A DNA stretch of 64,000 bases from Octopus bimaculoides. Taxonomy: Eukaryota. A program made the position numbers and the translations under genes. The notes beneath the pieces are model-generated. The model was not told where the DNA came from. It saw only the letters and a program-made list of their open reading frames with translations, and did not search any database. Position 1 is the stretch's first letter. Every line of letters begins with the position of its first letter. The DNA is taken from the NCBI RefSeq assembly GCF_001194135.2, contig NC_068981.1:192926963-192990962 (forward strand), given 5' to 3'. Positions 1 through 13,244 of the stretch are shown piece after piece.

Positions 1-94
<94 letters not shown>

Positions 95-606
95 CATATG
101 TATCAATGTATGTATGACAAAATAACAGGGATTATGTAATTAATTAGCTTAAAGCTGTTTCTGCTGTAAGTTAGTATGCACCCAGAGCCAGTGCAATATT
201 TTACAGTACCCTTAAAAGCTATTGTAAAAACTGGAAGGCATGGTGCCTAACAGTCACCAATAATGTCAAAGCTGGATACAAATCTTGGGATTCTCAGAGA
301 GGTAAGCAAATAAGGAGCTGATAAAAAGGTACTCCACCAACAAAGGAATTGTCTTGATTTTCATTCCAATATGTCAAAATTTCACAGAAAGACTAAATTC
401 CTGCATAAATTAGAACAACATAAGGGAAGGATGTTCGTGTTCCTCCAGAGTTGTAGAATATGCAAGCAGTGAATGCTATACATAATGACATATGTGATGG
501 CAGTGGGAGGGATATAGTTTGGTGTTGGGTGCTGTCTGTGGGGAGAGGAAAGCAAGAGAAAGTGAGGTGTTGATAAAAATATTCATGTAAAAAAAAGGTT
601 CATGTG

Positions 607-655
<49 letters not shown>

Positions 656-1605
656 TGTGTGTGCATGTGTGTGTGGGTGTGCATCCATGTGTAATCCAGT
701 GATTTGTATATATCTGGGTATTAGTGAGTATATAATTGGCACGTGAGTATCCAAGTTTATAGAAAAGGGACAGTGTAAGCTATGTGTGTGAGGAGGTGAC
801 TAAAACGAATGGTATTGAGAAGGGCTTCAAGCTGAAAACACTGAACGCCCTTCCAATCCATGTCAGTATGGGATATTGGATATAAAAGCATTGAAGATAC
901 TACTGTGTGTGTGTTTGTGTGTGAAGGACTTCAAGTTGTAGAAACCATGCCAAATCAGACATGGAATCTGGGGGCAGCTCCCCAGCTTGCCAGCCCTGGT
1001 AAAATCATCCAACCCATGCCAGCATGGAACATGGATGTTAAATAATGATGATGATGATGATAATAACTATTCATGCATACATATATGTATATGCATATAT
1101 GTACATATGTATATATATTTGTATATTTATATCTATCTACATCATCATCATTTAACATCCATGCTCCTTGCTGGCACACACACACATATATTTACTAGCA
1201 TACTAGCATCCCTATGACAACATTATAAGTTGAAGGCCAAACTAAGTAATACACATATATACGCACATACACACACACACACATATATCCTGAAGGTAAA
1301 GAAAACTACTCAAAAGAGCCAGTGACATGAATTTGTATCACAAATGTAAGCAAGTATGTAACGGTGATTGTTAGTTCACTCTGAATGAGAAGTGGAGAAG
1401 GACAATGCTATATTGGTGACAAATCCTATGCCAACCAGGACTATGTATTCACAGATGCCTTTTATACATACAGAAACCAGGCTGTTGTTTTTCTCTTCAT
1501 ATTTAATTCATAGAGGGACATTTTTATTTTCTTGAAATCATCACCATTTCTTATTCAGAGCCATTAACAATAACTGCTAGGTTTTTGTTCACCTTTGTCC
1601 ACAAA

Positions 1606-1848
<243 letters not shown>

Positions 1849-1952
1849 TATATATATATATATATATATATAGACACAGACACACACACACACATATATG
1901 TGTGTGTGTGTATGTATATATATATATGTGTGTGTGTGTATATAAATATATA

Positions 1953-1989
<37 letters not shown>

Positions 1990-2521
1990 GTATGCATGTA
2001 TGTGTGTATATGCATATATGTGATCACATCCTTTTGATATGACAGACAAAAATTAGTCAAAAGACTCAATACAAGTTATACAAAATATAAATACAATTTT
2101 CTGTGCAGATGTATGAAAATCCTTACAGTGTGTCCACTGTTTTGTATAAACTTCTCTACTTGTCAAATGACATCATTTTTGTGAATAACAAAATAGAAAG
2201 AACTCTGGGAGTCCGTTAGATGCCTTAACCATTTACTGACATTTTCTTTCAATAATATTACACAGTTAGGTCAGTAAGAACAGACTGAACGAAACAACAG
2301 CTGCTGAGCCAATATGTGAAGCATGAGCTTAATGTACAGTTTAACATATTATTTACTTAAGTGTTATTAATAATTCATTCCTATCACTTAGCAAATAAAT
2401 TTATTGTAAGAATAGCTATTCACAAAATTAATTTTCATTTGACAAGTAGGAAAGTTCATATGGAATAGGGATCTACGGAGATTCTTAGGTATGGAAATGA
2501 ATAAGTATGCAGACTCTTAAC

Positions 2522-2560
<39 letters not shown>

Positions 2561-2595
2561 AGTATAAATATATATATAAGTATATACATACACAC

Positions 2596-2646
<51 letters not shown>

Positions 2647-3362
2647 CATATAGATAAACATATATGCATAAATATGTATAATATATATAATTATATAATA
2701 CATATAATGTATATATATGTTATATATATGTGTATGTGTGTATATACGTGTGAAGGTGTGTGCCTGCATGTGTACTTGTGTGTGTATGTTTACGGTCAGG
2801 ATTATATCATCTATTGACTTGAAAAAAGAATATTTCTAACAAACAAATCATCATTAAAAAAAGACACAATTACAACATGTAACAACAACAGACATGATAA
2901 GATCTTCAAAGGAAAGAAAGACAGAAAGGGGGAGCAGCAAGTGTAAAGACATCTGGTAGTAAATGGTTGGGAAATTTCCGGATAAACTAGCAGTGGAAGA
3001 TTGGTGCTTTTTAAAGTGCAGAATGGCATACAATATTGTGCACGGTCCAGTGATCCATGCAGTGAACAAGCTGTTAGTTTTTATGGAAGGTTAAACTTTC
3101 TATATCTAAGTGTAATCTGAATCTTATTTTTGAAATGTCCCTTTATTTGCATTAGAAATACACTAGAAAATCAGTTTTGGAGAAAAGAAATAAATAGCAA
3201 AGGTTTCTGTTTTAGGGACAAGTCTGCCATTGACCCTGTACTTAATTTTATCACCTCTGGAGGAATGAGAGGCAAAGTGACTTTGAAATCAGAATGTAAA
3301 AAGCCAGAAAAAATACTGCATAGAATTTTGTCTGACTCTTAAAGCAATTCTGCCAGCTCACA

Positions 3363-3394
<32 letters not shown>

Positions 3395-3407
3395 TAATAA
3401 TGATAAT

Positions 3408-3678
3408 ATGAAAACCATAATGGTTGTGCCTGTAAGAATTGGTGCACTGGTAACTGTAGGTAAAGATATAGACAAATGGTTGAAGGAGATTGGAATAGAA
3501 TGTCCTGTAGATCTTCTACAGAAAGTTTGCCTCTGAGGGACGGGAAAGATTATCAAGAAGGTTTTAAGCACTTAAAAGACTATTGAAAACTTGTGGATAT
3601 CTAGGGTTACAGGCAGTAACCCACTACCCACATCAATTCTACCAGGAATAAGAACTAACCTGAGTCAAATCATAAAAA

Positions 3679-3679
<1 letters not shown>
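3408..3679 (+). mobile_element. 3' fragment of an R4/Dong-type (restriction-like endonuclease) non-LTR retrotransposon inside an (AAT)n tract
   Basis: Translation MKTIMVVPVRIGALVTVGKDIDKWLKEIGIECPVDLLQKVCL*GTGKIIKKVLST* matches the C-terminal V-P-x-x-x-G-A-L-G...LQK..LLGT..I.RKVL pattern of RLE LINEs. A ~100 bp 3'UTR follows. (AAT)n lies on both sides. Confidence 0.75.
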
Positions 3680-3742
<63 letters not shown>

Positions 3743-3977
3743 TAATAATAATCCTTTCTACTATAGGCACAAGACCTGAAATTTGGGGGAGGGGGCTAGT
3801 CAATTACACTGACCCCAGTGCTTGATTGGTACTTATTTCATCGACCCCGAAAGGATAAAAGGCAAAGTCGACCTCGACGGAATTTGAACTCAGAATGTAG
3901 TGATGGGCAAAATACTGTTAAGCATTTCTCTTGGTGTGCTAATGATTCTGCCAGCTCGGCACCCTAATAATAATATC

Positions 3978-4010
<33 letters not shown>

Positions 4011-4470
4011 TTCAATTTTTGGCACAAGGCCAGAAGCTTTGGGGGGAAGGGCTAAGTCGATTACATTGACCCAGTGTTCAACTGGTACATATTTTGTAGA
4101 TCCTTGAAAGGATGAAAGACAAAGTCAACATCAGTGGGATTTGAACTCAGAACATAAAAATGAATGAAATGCATCAAAGCATTTTGTCTGGTGTGTTAAC
4201 GATTCTGCCATCACCACCTTAATATCAATGATGATGATGATGATGATAATCATAAGAATGGTTTCAAATTTTGGCAAAAGGCCAGTAATTTCGAGGAGGA
4301 GGTGAATCGATTACATCAACCATGATGCTCAACTGATAGTTATTCTATTGATCCCGAAAAGATGAACGGCAAAGTTAACCTCGGCGGAATTTGAACCCAA
4401 AGTGTGAAGACAGACGAAATGCCACTAAGCATTTTGCCCAGTGTCCAAACAATTCTTCCAGCTCGCTACC

Positions 4471-4534
<64 letters not shown>

Positions 4535-4681
4535 TAATAATAATAATTATTATTATTATTTCTATTCTATTTGGGGAAGGGGACTAGTTGATTATATTGG
4601 CCCCAGTTCATAACTGGTACTTATTTCATTGACCCCAAAAGGACGAAAGGCAAAGTTGGCCTCAGCAGAATTTGAACTCAG

Positions 4682-4932
4682 GGCGGTGAGCTGGCAGATA
4701 GGGTGGCGAGCTGGCAGAAATGTTAGCACGCCGGGTGAAATGTTTAGCGGTATTTCGTCTGCTGCTACGTTCTGAGTTCAAATTCCGCTGAGGTTGACTT
4801 TGCCTTTTATCCTTTCGGGGTTGATTAAATAAGTACCAGTTACGCACTGGGGTTGATATAATCGACTTAAACCGTTTGTCTGTCCTTGTTTGTCCCCTCT
4901 GTGTGTAGCCCCTCGTGGGCAGTAAAGAAATA
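4682..4932 (+). mobile_element. Young full-length family A SINE inserted into an older antisense copy
   Basis: A-box-like TGGCAGAAATGTTAG and B-box GTTCAAATTCC; the 5' head is duplicated. A 15-bp TSD AGAATTTGAA(C/T)TCAG lies at 4667-4681 and 4933-4947. Confidence 0.9.
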
Positions 4933-5017
4933 AGAATTTGAATTCAGAACATAAGGACAGACAAAATTCCACAAAGCATTTTGCTTGGCATGTTAACAAT
5001 TCTGTCGGCTTGCTACC

Positions 5018-5051
<34 letters not shown>

Positions 5052-6763
5052 TAATAATGGTTTCAAATTTTGCCACAAGGGCAGCAGTTTTGGGGGAGGG
5101 GATGAGTCGATTACATTGCCCACAGTATTCAACTGGTACTTATTTTATTGACCCCCCCTCCCCACCCAGATGATAAAAGGTAAGGTCGACCTTGGCGGAA
5201 TTTGAACTCAGAACATAGCGATGGGTGAAATACTGCTAAGCATTTCATCCAGTGTGCTAATGATTCTGCCAGCTCGCTGCCTTAATAATAATAATAATAA
5301 TCCTTTCAACTATAGGCACAAGGCCTGGAATTTGTGGGGAGGGGTACAGTTGATCACATCAACACTAGTACTTGACCGGTACTTACTTTATTGACCCCGA
5401 AAGGATGAAAGGCAAAGTCAACCTTAGCGATAGTAATAATGATAATAATAATAAGAATAATTGTTTCCTGAGGCCAACAATTTTGAATGAAGTGGCTAAG
5501 TTGATACCATCAACACCAGGATTTGACTGGTACTTAAGTTTATCAACTCCAAAAGAACGAAAGGCAAAGTTGACCTCAACAGTATTTGACTTCAGAACGT
5601 AAAGAGCCAGAAAGAAATGTCACAAAATATTTTTGTTGCAGAACTCTAGAAATGCTGCCAATATAAACAAACCAGAAATGAGAAATTTAATGAAGTCTTT
5701 AGAAGAGAAATACATATTCCTTTTATCAACTGTATGGGAAGAAGATTGTTCCCCAACCACATGGTTCTGGGGCCAGTCTCACTGTGTGGAACATTCTACT
5801 ATAGCCTCAGGCCAACCAAAACTTTACGAGTGGATTTAGTAGTCAGAAAACTGAAAAACTCATTGTCATTATCATCATCATCATCGTTTAATGTACGCTT
5901 TCCATGCTGGCATGGGTTGGACGGTTTGACTGAGGACTGGTGAGCCAGAGGCTGCATCAGGCTCAATCTTATCTGGAAAAGTTTCTACAGCTGGATGCCC
6001 TTCCTAACGCCAACCATTCCAAGAGTGCAGTGGGTGCTTTTATGTGCCACCGGCACAAGGGCTAGTCAGGCGGTTCTGGCAAGGACCATGCTCAAAAGGT
6101 GTTTTACATGCCACCTGCATGGACGCCAGTCTGACGGCACTGGCAACGACCATGCTCGAATGTTGCTTTTCAAGTTCCACCGGCATGGGAGTCAATCTGT
6201 GGCCCTGGCAATAATCATGCTCTGATGTATTTTTAACATTCCACTGGCATGAGTGCCAATCAGGCAGTACTGTCATTGGCCACATCAGCGATTTTGATTG
6301 TGTATATACATATACATACGTATGTGTGTGTGTGTGTGTGCACATTTGCCCCCCACCACTGCTTGACAATCGGTGTTGATATGTTTATGTCTCCATAACT
6401 TAGTGGTTTTGGCAAAAGTAACCGATACAATAAATACCAAGCCTAAAAAGAAAAAAGTACAGGGGCTGATTTATTCAACTAAAAATTCTTGAAGGTAGTG
6501 CCCCAGCATAGCCATAGTCTAATGACTAAATCAAGTAAAAGATGAAAGATATTTAGATTATCAGACTAATCAGTTTATTATTTGCATGAATCCTTAGATA
6601 AGGTTAAAAAAATAAAAAAGAAGCTGATCTATCAATAAGTAATAATTGGAGAAGACTTGTTCAACCTTTGCAAGTATGGAAAAACAGACCTTAAATGACA
6701 ATGACAATGATGATGATGATGATGATATGTATTTATTTAGTTTGCAATATATTTATCAAGAGA

Positions 6764-6977
6764 AGGTGGTGAGCTGGCAGAAACGTAAGCACGCGGGGCA
6801 AAATGCTTAGCAGTATTTCATATGTCTTTATGTCCTGAGTTCAAATTCCGCCAAGGTCGACTTTGCCTTTCATCCTTTCTGGGTCGATAAATTAAGTACC
6901 AGTTGCATACTGGGGTTGAACTAATCGACTGGCACCCCCTGCCAAAAAATTTCAGGCTTGTGCCTAGAGTAGAAAAG
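6764..6977 (+). mobile_element. Full-length family A SINE with 18-bp TSD
   Basis: tRNA-like head and central domain. The exact direct repeat AATATATTTATCAAGAGA lies at 6746-6763 and 6978-6995. An older family A copy starts immediately after, at ~6996. Confidence 0.9.
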
Positions 6978-7469
6978 AATATATTTATCAAGAGACGGGT
7001 GGTGAACTGGCAAAATCATTGGGCAAAATGCTTAGCAGAATTTTGTCTGTCTTTACATTGTGAGTTCAAATCCCACTGAGCTCAACTTTGCCTTTCATCC
7101 TTTTGGCATTGATATTGCCTAATCTATCTATTTATATCTATGCTCATTTACAGGCATACACACACACACACATCACATCATTCATACATATATTTGTTTG
7201 AAACTGAGGATTCAGTTTATCCATTTTTCTCAGTTGTATGCTCTCATCTACCCCAACAAATACAGGAGATCACGATAGTTGAAAATACACAGAAACCAAA
7301 CAAAAATCATCACCTAGTGAACCTTTCTAGGACTGACCCATCCCAGTCCCATCACCCATCATCCTTACAATGCTGGACAATGAAGGATTTTACTGAACTC
7401 CTAGCCTGTGTATAACTATGTCAGAGTGGCCAAACTGTACACACTAGTAAATACACAGATGTTTACAAT

Positions 7470-7790
7470 TAGTGGCTCCTTGCTTAGTTCTCCACAATGC
7501 CTCACACCATGAGTGCTTTTTTCAACAATGATTATTCAGAACAATCCATAACATGTGGGTGTAAGAGCTGTCATATGTTTCTTCCAGGTTTTTCTTTTAT
7601 GGGGCCACTAAAGGAACACTGTTAAGGTCATCAGGAACCAATAACTCCCAGATGACACTGGGGTTATTAAGTACAATTGATGTTTTCACAAACATCAATT
7701 ATAAACTTCTGCAGATGTGATGTTACTGCCAATATATACAAAGGAATTTGGAGATTTTTGTTGTTGATGTGTAGACCTGGAATGGAAAGC
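7470..7790 (+). mobile_element. Possible very old mariner transposase C-terminal relic
   Basis: LHNASHH (~HDNARPH), FMGPLKEHC*GHQ (~LFGPLKEHL.G) and YKGIWR (~Y..GI.KL) occur in the expected order, but the match is highly degenerate. Confidence 0.4.
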
Positions 7791-8289
7791 CATTCCAGAT
7801 GTGACCACTCTGCCATTTTTCTAGGTATAGTGCCCTTTTTTCAGAAAGTAGGGTGTAATTTGTGTGAGATTTAGCTCTAGTTTCTAATAGCTCATACACT
7901 CACATAGAAGCTACCTCCTTAGTTTAATGATATCCATGCTACCAGATATTTGTGCCATATCACAACTCCCAATCACAGTATGGATCTATCAAGAGCAGAG
8001 GTCGTAGCAAATGGTATCCAGGTGGCTCATGGATTTGAAAATAGATAATTTAAGGCTTGAGTGTCTTGAAAACCATATTATTCATAATTTTGTGACACAT
8101 AATAAGTATGATTAATAAAAAATGTAAGAAATAGGTTTTGATATTGTTTTGCAAAATTTAAGAATTCAAAACAGTCTTTGTGACTGTCAGTCTATCTGTC
8201 CGTTGCTCCAGACTTTTATGTTATCTGTCTGTCTCTGTTAATTTAGTCTCTTTTAACACAGTCCAGAACAAAACTGATTGGACAGATCA

Positions 8290-8830
8290 GTAATGACATG
8301 ATCACTCAGAAAATCCAGGGGATGTTCAGATATAGTGTTATTGGCCAGGTTTTTGCTGATGTCATCAATCAATCAATGTCCTGAGCTGCTATGTCTTTTT
8401 AACTTTCCCCTTGAGGTGCCCCAGTAATTTTGCATTTGATCAGCAATATGACATGAAGTCAACGATTTTTTATGTCTCGTTTTTCAGGAACAGCTTGATG
8501 CTTTGGTGAACAGTCAATGGCATTGGAGAGATTAAGTTGTAGTTGAGAAAAAAGTTATCTGACATGAAGGTGTAGAAAGGAGTTACCTGTAGCATAATGA
8601 TTTGCATTAGGTATCAAAATGTTGACACCATGACTGCTGTTCAATGCTCTGTGAACACTATAAAGGTTGTAAGATATGACATGGTCAGCTGTAATAGAGA
8701 CTACGAAGCCATGGCCAGCAGGAAGGGACACAGCAGGTGTTCTATCTGTGTCCACAGGCCAGAATTCATCCACAAGTGCTTGAATAGAGCTTTAGACTCA
8801 ATTCACTCAGCTGCAGGAGACTGTCGTCAA
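8290..8830 (-). mobile_element. Possible ancient RTE-like RT/thumb relic
   Basis: IDDSLL...IQALVDEF...GFVVSI (~ADD...LQ.L.D.F...GL.IS), FTKASS (~IAKAS) and LNIPW are collinear but only weakly similar. Confidence 0.3.
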
Positions 8831-9262
8831 TCCCTGGCTGGGGATGTTTGCTGTTGGACAGCCATATGTGTGGAAGTAGGATCTGGCTCCTTGCCATATC
8901 TCTGGCAAAAGTCAGAAGTGCAAACTATCAAATTTAGCTTTTTATGTTTGACTGTCCCTTATAAATGCATTGAAAGGGTTAACAGACATCCTACAATGAA
9001 CATGTCCCTACAGCAGCAAGTAACAAAAGCAGTCGATATACAATACAGTATTGAGTGCAAATTAAATGCAGTGTATTTAAAAAAAAAAGATTCAAGTGGC
9101 TATGTGGTTAAAGCTCACATTGCAACCCATGTAGTTTCAGGATCAATCCCACTGTACAGCACCTTGGACAAGTGTCTTCTCCTACAGACCTGAGCAGACC
9201 AATACCTTGTGAGTGAATTTGGTAGATGAGAACTGTGTGGAAGCCTGTGTATGTGTGTGGAT

Positions 9263-9301
<39 letters not shown>

Positions 9302-9611
9302 CATGCATGTATGTACGCATCTACATCTTTGTGTTTTCCCCCACCACTGCTTGAACCCCAGTGTTAGTTTGTTTACATCCTTGCAACTTAGCAGTTGGGT
9401 AAAAATGACTAATAAAATAAGCATAGAATAAAACTTAAAAAGTAAGTTCTGGGATCAATTTGTTCAACTAAATTCTTCAAAGTAATGCCCCAGCATGGCC
9501 ACAGTCTAATGGTTGAAACAAGTAAAAGATAAATGATATAGTTAGAGATAACATCGATAAGGAATAGTTTTAGCTACATCAATCTGTAGCTTTTACAATG
9601 GGTATACATAT

Positions 9612-9652
<41 letters not shown>

Positions 9653-9794
9653 TTAATTGAGGATATGTTAACCCCTTAAAGGGATGGTTTTATCCAAGGA
9701 AATACTGGTTCAATACCTAGTATTGTTGGGGAATGAAGTTCCCTTCAAACAATAGGTATATATTAAGCATATAGTTTATATTCAGTTTAAAGAT

Positions 9795-10178
9795 AGAAAA
9801 TGGAGATAAGGAAGTTAGCAATTATTTATTATTAACAAATTGGTCGTCTTTGCTTCTTACAGCCATTTCAATTAATACTCAATAATTTAATTACAAATTT
9901 GTACATTAAATTTGCATTTATGTAACATGAGCATAATTTGATCAGAGCTCGCAAAAGATGTACCTTGGGATGTTATATGTGGACCTATCAATTCATTTCA
10001 GCAGAGTCACCGTACATCTTTTTTTCTCTCATGAAATTATGCTCATGTCACATAAACGCAAATTTAATGTACAAATTTGGAATTAAATTATTGAGTATTA
10101 ATTGAAACGGCTGGAAGAAGCGAAGCTGACCAATCTGTTAATAATAAATAATTATCAACTTCCTTATCTCCATTTTCT
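9795..10178. repeat. Long palindrome with ~168-bp arms and a 48-bp spacer
   Basis: 9795-9963 (AGAAAATGGAGATAAGGAAGTT...AAAAGATGTAC) is the imperfect reverse complement of 10012-10178. Confidence 0.9.
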
Positions 10179-12310
10179 TTTCTTCTCTTAATCATATATA
10201 TATATGTATGTATGTATATATATATATATNNNNNNNNNNNNNNNNNNNNNNNNNNNNNNNNNNNNNNNNNNNNNNNNNNNNNNNNNNNNNNNNNNNNNNN
10301 NNTATTGACACAGACATGAGTGTGTGAGGAAGATACTTCCTTCTCAGCCATGTGATTTCAGGTTCAGTCCCACTGCTTGGCATAATGGGCAGGTATTTTC
10401 TACTATAGTCTTGGACTGACCATGGCCTTTTGTAGGTGCTATGAAGCAACTATAATTCCTTTCTAGTCATACCCAAAGACTTTGAGTGATGATGTATTTA
10501 TTATCATGTAATAGCAAAACTCGCTGGCTTCCATTACTTCAGGATGTCAATGCACAGAGATATCTTAAAATTAATCATAGTGAAATGTTTGTTAAAACAA
10601 TGAATTCATCATTTATAATTTCATGATTTAGTGTAGGTTCCCTGACGCACCTCCTTCTACAGTGATCATTGATTAAGAGGATATTTGAAAATTCTAGATA
10701 TAGGCTTGTATATATCATGCAGTAAAGACCTTTATATATACATGCACACATACATTCATACATACACACATGCATACATACACATACATACAAACAAACA
10801 TGCATACACACACACACATACATACACATGCATACATACATATGTACATACATACATACATGCATGCATACATACATACATACATACATACATACATACA
10901 TACTCTTGTGTATTGCATAGTTTATTCATATTATATCTAAAAGTAAATCTTTAAATTTATGTAGTAAATGTAATTCTATGGAAAGAAAGTCCCTGCATGG
11001 TTACTACTGGTCGAAAATTATTCTGGAATATTAACATTTCAATATTATTTCATATTATATATTATGAAATATTTCTGTAATTAAAAAACAGAATTCTGCA
11101 GACAGAACTATATTAGAATAGAATAAATGTAGTATTCCATAAATACTTCTTTGTATATTATTTCTACCACAAAGATTCCAAGTCCTAAATAACAGGAAAT
11201 ATAATATTGAGATTCTGACCAGGGCATGAGATTATTCACAAGAATAAAATTTAAACTGATTTAAACACTTCCATTGTAAGAAACAACACAGCAGACTTCT
11301 TCAGCCTTGTTTCACAGAAGAAAACTTAGTTATAGTCAGAACATGCAAGAAGCAAAACTGCAATCATAGTGGTTGAACCACTCAACAAAAAAAGAAAAAG
11401 AAAATTAAAAAGGTTAAGTATGAGAGTATTTAAAAAAAATAATTAATAACCGACTGAAAATATTTGCATCATGGTTGTTATTTTGTTATTTAAGGCTTGA
11501 TTTCTGAAGTTAACAAATATTTCCTTAAAGGTTTAAAGTAGCTTAACTGCAAAACTAGGGATCCTGGTTTGTGCTTTGACTGGTCAGCCATAAGTTTTAG
11601 GTTTTAAACCAGTGAAGTGAGAGTATCTTAGATATTTCATGTAATGAAAGTAAAAGGCAAGACCCAACATTGGCAGATGTTGGGTGCAGTGAGGAATTAG
11701 GAATAATAGATGAAGTCAAACTCAAACTCACCTTGGTTCTTAATGACCCTGAGGTAAGTGATATAAGAAACTAAGGAGATATACTGTACTTGGTTACAAT
11801 TTCTTGTTGCAAATATTTCAATTATGTCACTAATAACTCTGGGAAATGCTTGAAGATTACTGATTCTCATTACCTTTCCTCTATAAACTTAAAACGCTGG
11901 GCCTATATTTCATAACCAAAGTACATAGAATCAATAGTTCTATATACATTTGCAAGGGCCTTGAAAGTAGCCAGCATGAAGTTAGAGTAAATGTTGTCAT
12001 GATAAGCAACAATAGCATTTCATGTCTGGAACCAATTAAAGTCCCTGTATCTTTGTAATTTAACTGGAAAGGTCTGTTTTGGGATCTGTTTTCATAGAGT
12101 AGATCAGTCTATGTTTGCAGTGATTATATTTAGGTATTCTTCAGTTTCATCCAATGCTTTAACTGAGAAGAAATATGTCAGTATTCCACCATGGGTTGAA
12201 ACATTGCATTTGGAGTTTTTGTCTGGTCATTAATCTCTCACACAGAAAGAAGCCTTAATTAAAATATCTAATCAATGTCATCCAAGTTACTCTGAAGATT
12301 CATGTCTTTT

Positions 12311-12314
<4 letters not shown>

Positions 12315-12343
<29 letters not shown>

Positions 12344-12650
12344 GTTTAATGTCCGCTTTCCATGCTAGCATGGGTTGGACGATTTGACTGAGGACTGGTG
12401 AACCAGATGGCTGCACCAGGCTCCAATCTGATCTGGCAGGGTTTCTACAGCTGGATGCCCTTCCTAATGCCAACCACTCCGAGAGTGTAGTGGGTGCTTT
12501 TACATGCTTCCGGCATGAGGGCCAGTCTCGCGGTACTGGTATCGACAATGCTTGAATGGTGCTTTTTACGTGCCACCTGCACAGGAGCCAGTCCAGCGGC
12601 ACTGGCAACGACCTCATGCGAATGATTTTCTAACGTGCCAGTAAGGCAAA
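12315..12650 (-). mobile_element. RTE 3'UTR fragment, representative of about 12 copies
   Basis: (CAT)n-CGTTTAATGTCCGCTTTCCATGCTAGCATGGGTTGGACG...GGATGCCCTTCCTAATGCCAACCACTCC. Similar copies lie at ~935-1060(+), 5870-6300(-), 13880-14360(-), 21890-22170(-), 23570-23820(-), 32630-33020(-), 35335-35590(+), 38530-38745(+) and 61930-62240(+). Confidence 0.85.
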
Positions 12651-13172
12651 TTAGGAGATGACTGGAAGTCCATAAGAGAGGTCTGTTGGAGTGTTTGAAA
12701 TATTAGTTAACTCTTAATTATCTTATTCATTCTTAACTAATGTTAATGAGTGAAGGAAGAGTGAAAGAATCTCGTTAAAACAACTTTAGTACTTTTGCTC
12801 TAAAGCTACATTTTCTATCTGTTAAGAGGTTTCATGAGTCACAGGTGGAGATTATGTAAAAGATATCAAACCAATAAATAAATAAATACACAAACACACG
12901 TACACACACACACAAATAACAACACTGACACACAGAGGAATTATGACAATCCAACCACATATTATTAAATAGGAGAGTTACAACATGAATTAATTGTGAA
13001 AATAGTATCACCTGGATGTTATACCCTTATGACTTAGTAATATTTTGTATTCACTGACAACAACATCACTTAACTTAAGCATGGCATTTACCTGCAGAAG
13101 CTCGCCCGTTGTCAAAGAGATGACAGAATGCTTCTAAGTAAGTCAGTCACATAGGATCAAGCTATCCAAGCC

Positions 13173-13244
<72 letters not shown>

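Larger units (their letters stand above)
3195..5660 (-). mobile_element. Cluster of about 9 tRNA-derived SINE (family A) copies separated by (AAT)n tails
   Basis: Repeated units carry the reverse complement of GGCGGTGAGCTGGCAGAA...GAGTTCAAATTCC...CTTTGCCTTTCATCCTTTCGGGGTCGATAAA..AAGTACCAGT. Starts are near 3195, 3752, 4010, 4260, 4565, 5058, 5300 and 5460, plus one + strand copy at 4682. Confidence 0.85.

Noticed and set aside
1017-1176. Short inverted repeat around a microsatellite
   Set aside because: It is explained by two convergent RTE 3'-end fragments rather than a distinct structure.
4682-4800. tRNA gene suggested by A and B boxes
   Set aside because: No cloverleaf can be formed. It is the head of a multicopy SINE with TSDs.
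8597-9193. 198-aa plus-strand ORF
   Set aside because: It has no domain motif, probably lies antisense to a decayed LINE relic, and its end runs into a family D SINE.
11632-11760. Possible plus-strand exon ending GAG|GTAAGT (…LGIIDEVKLKLTLVLNDPE)
   Set aside because: The donor is good but the acceptor is weak, there is an in-frame stop just upstream, and no partner exons or homology were recognised.
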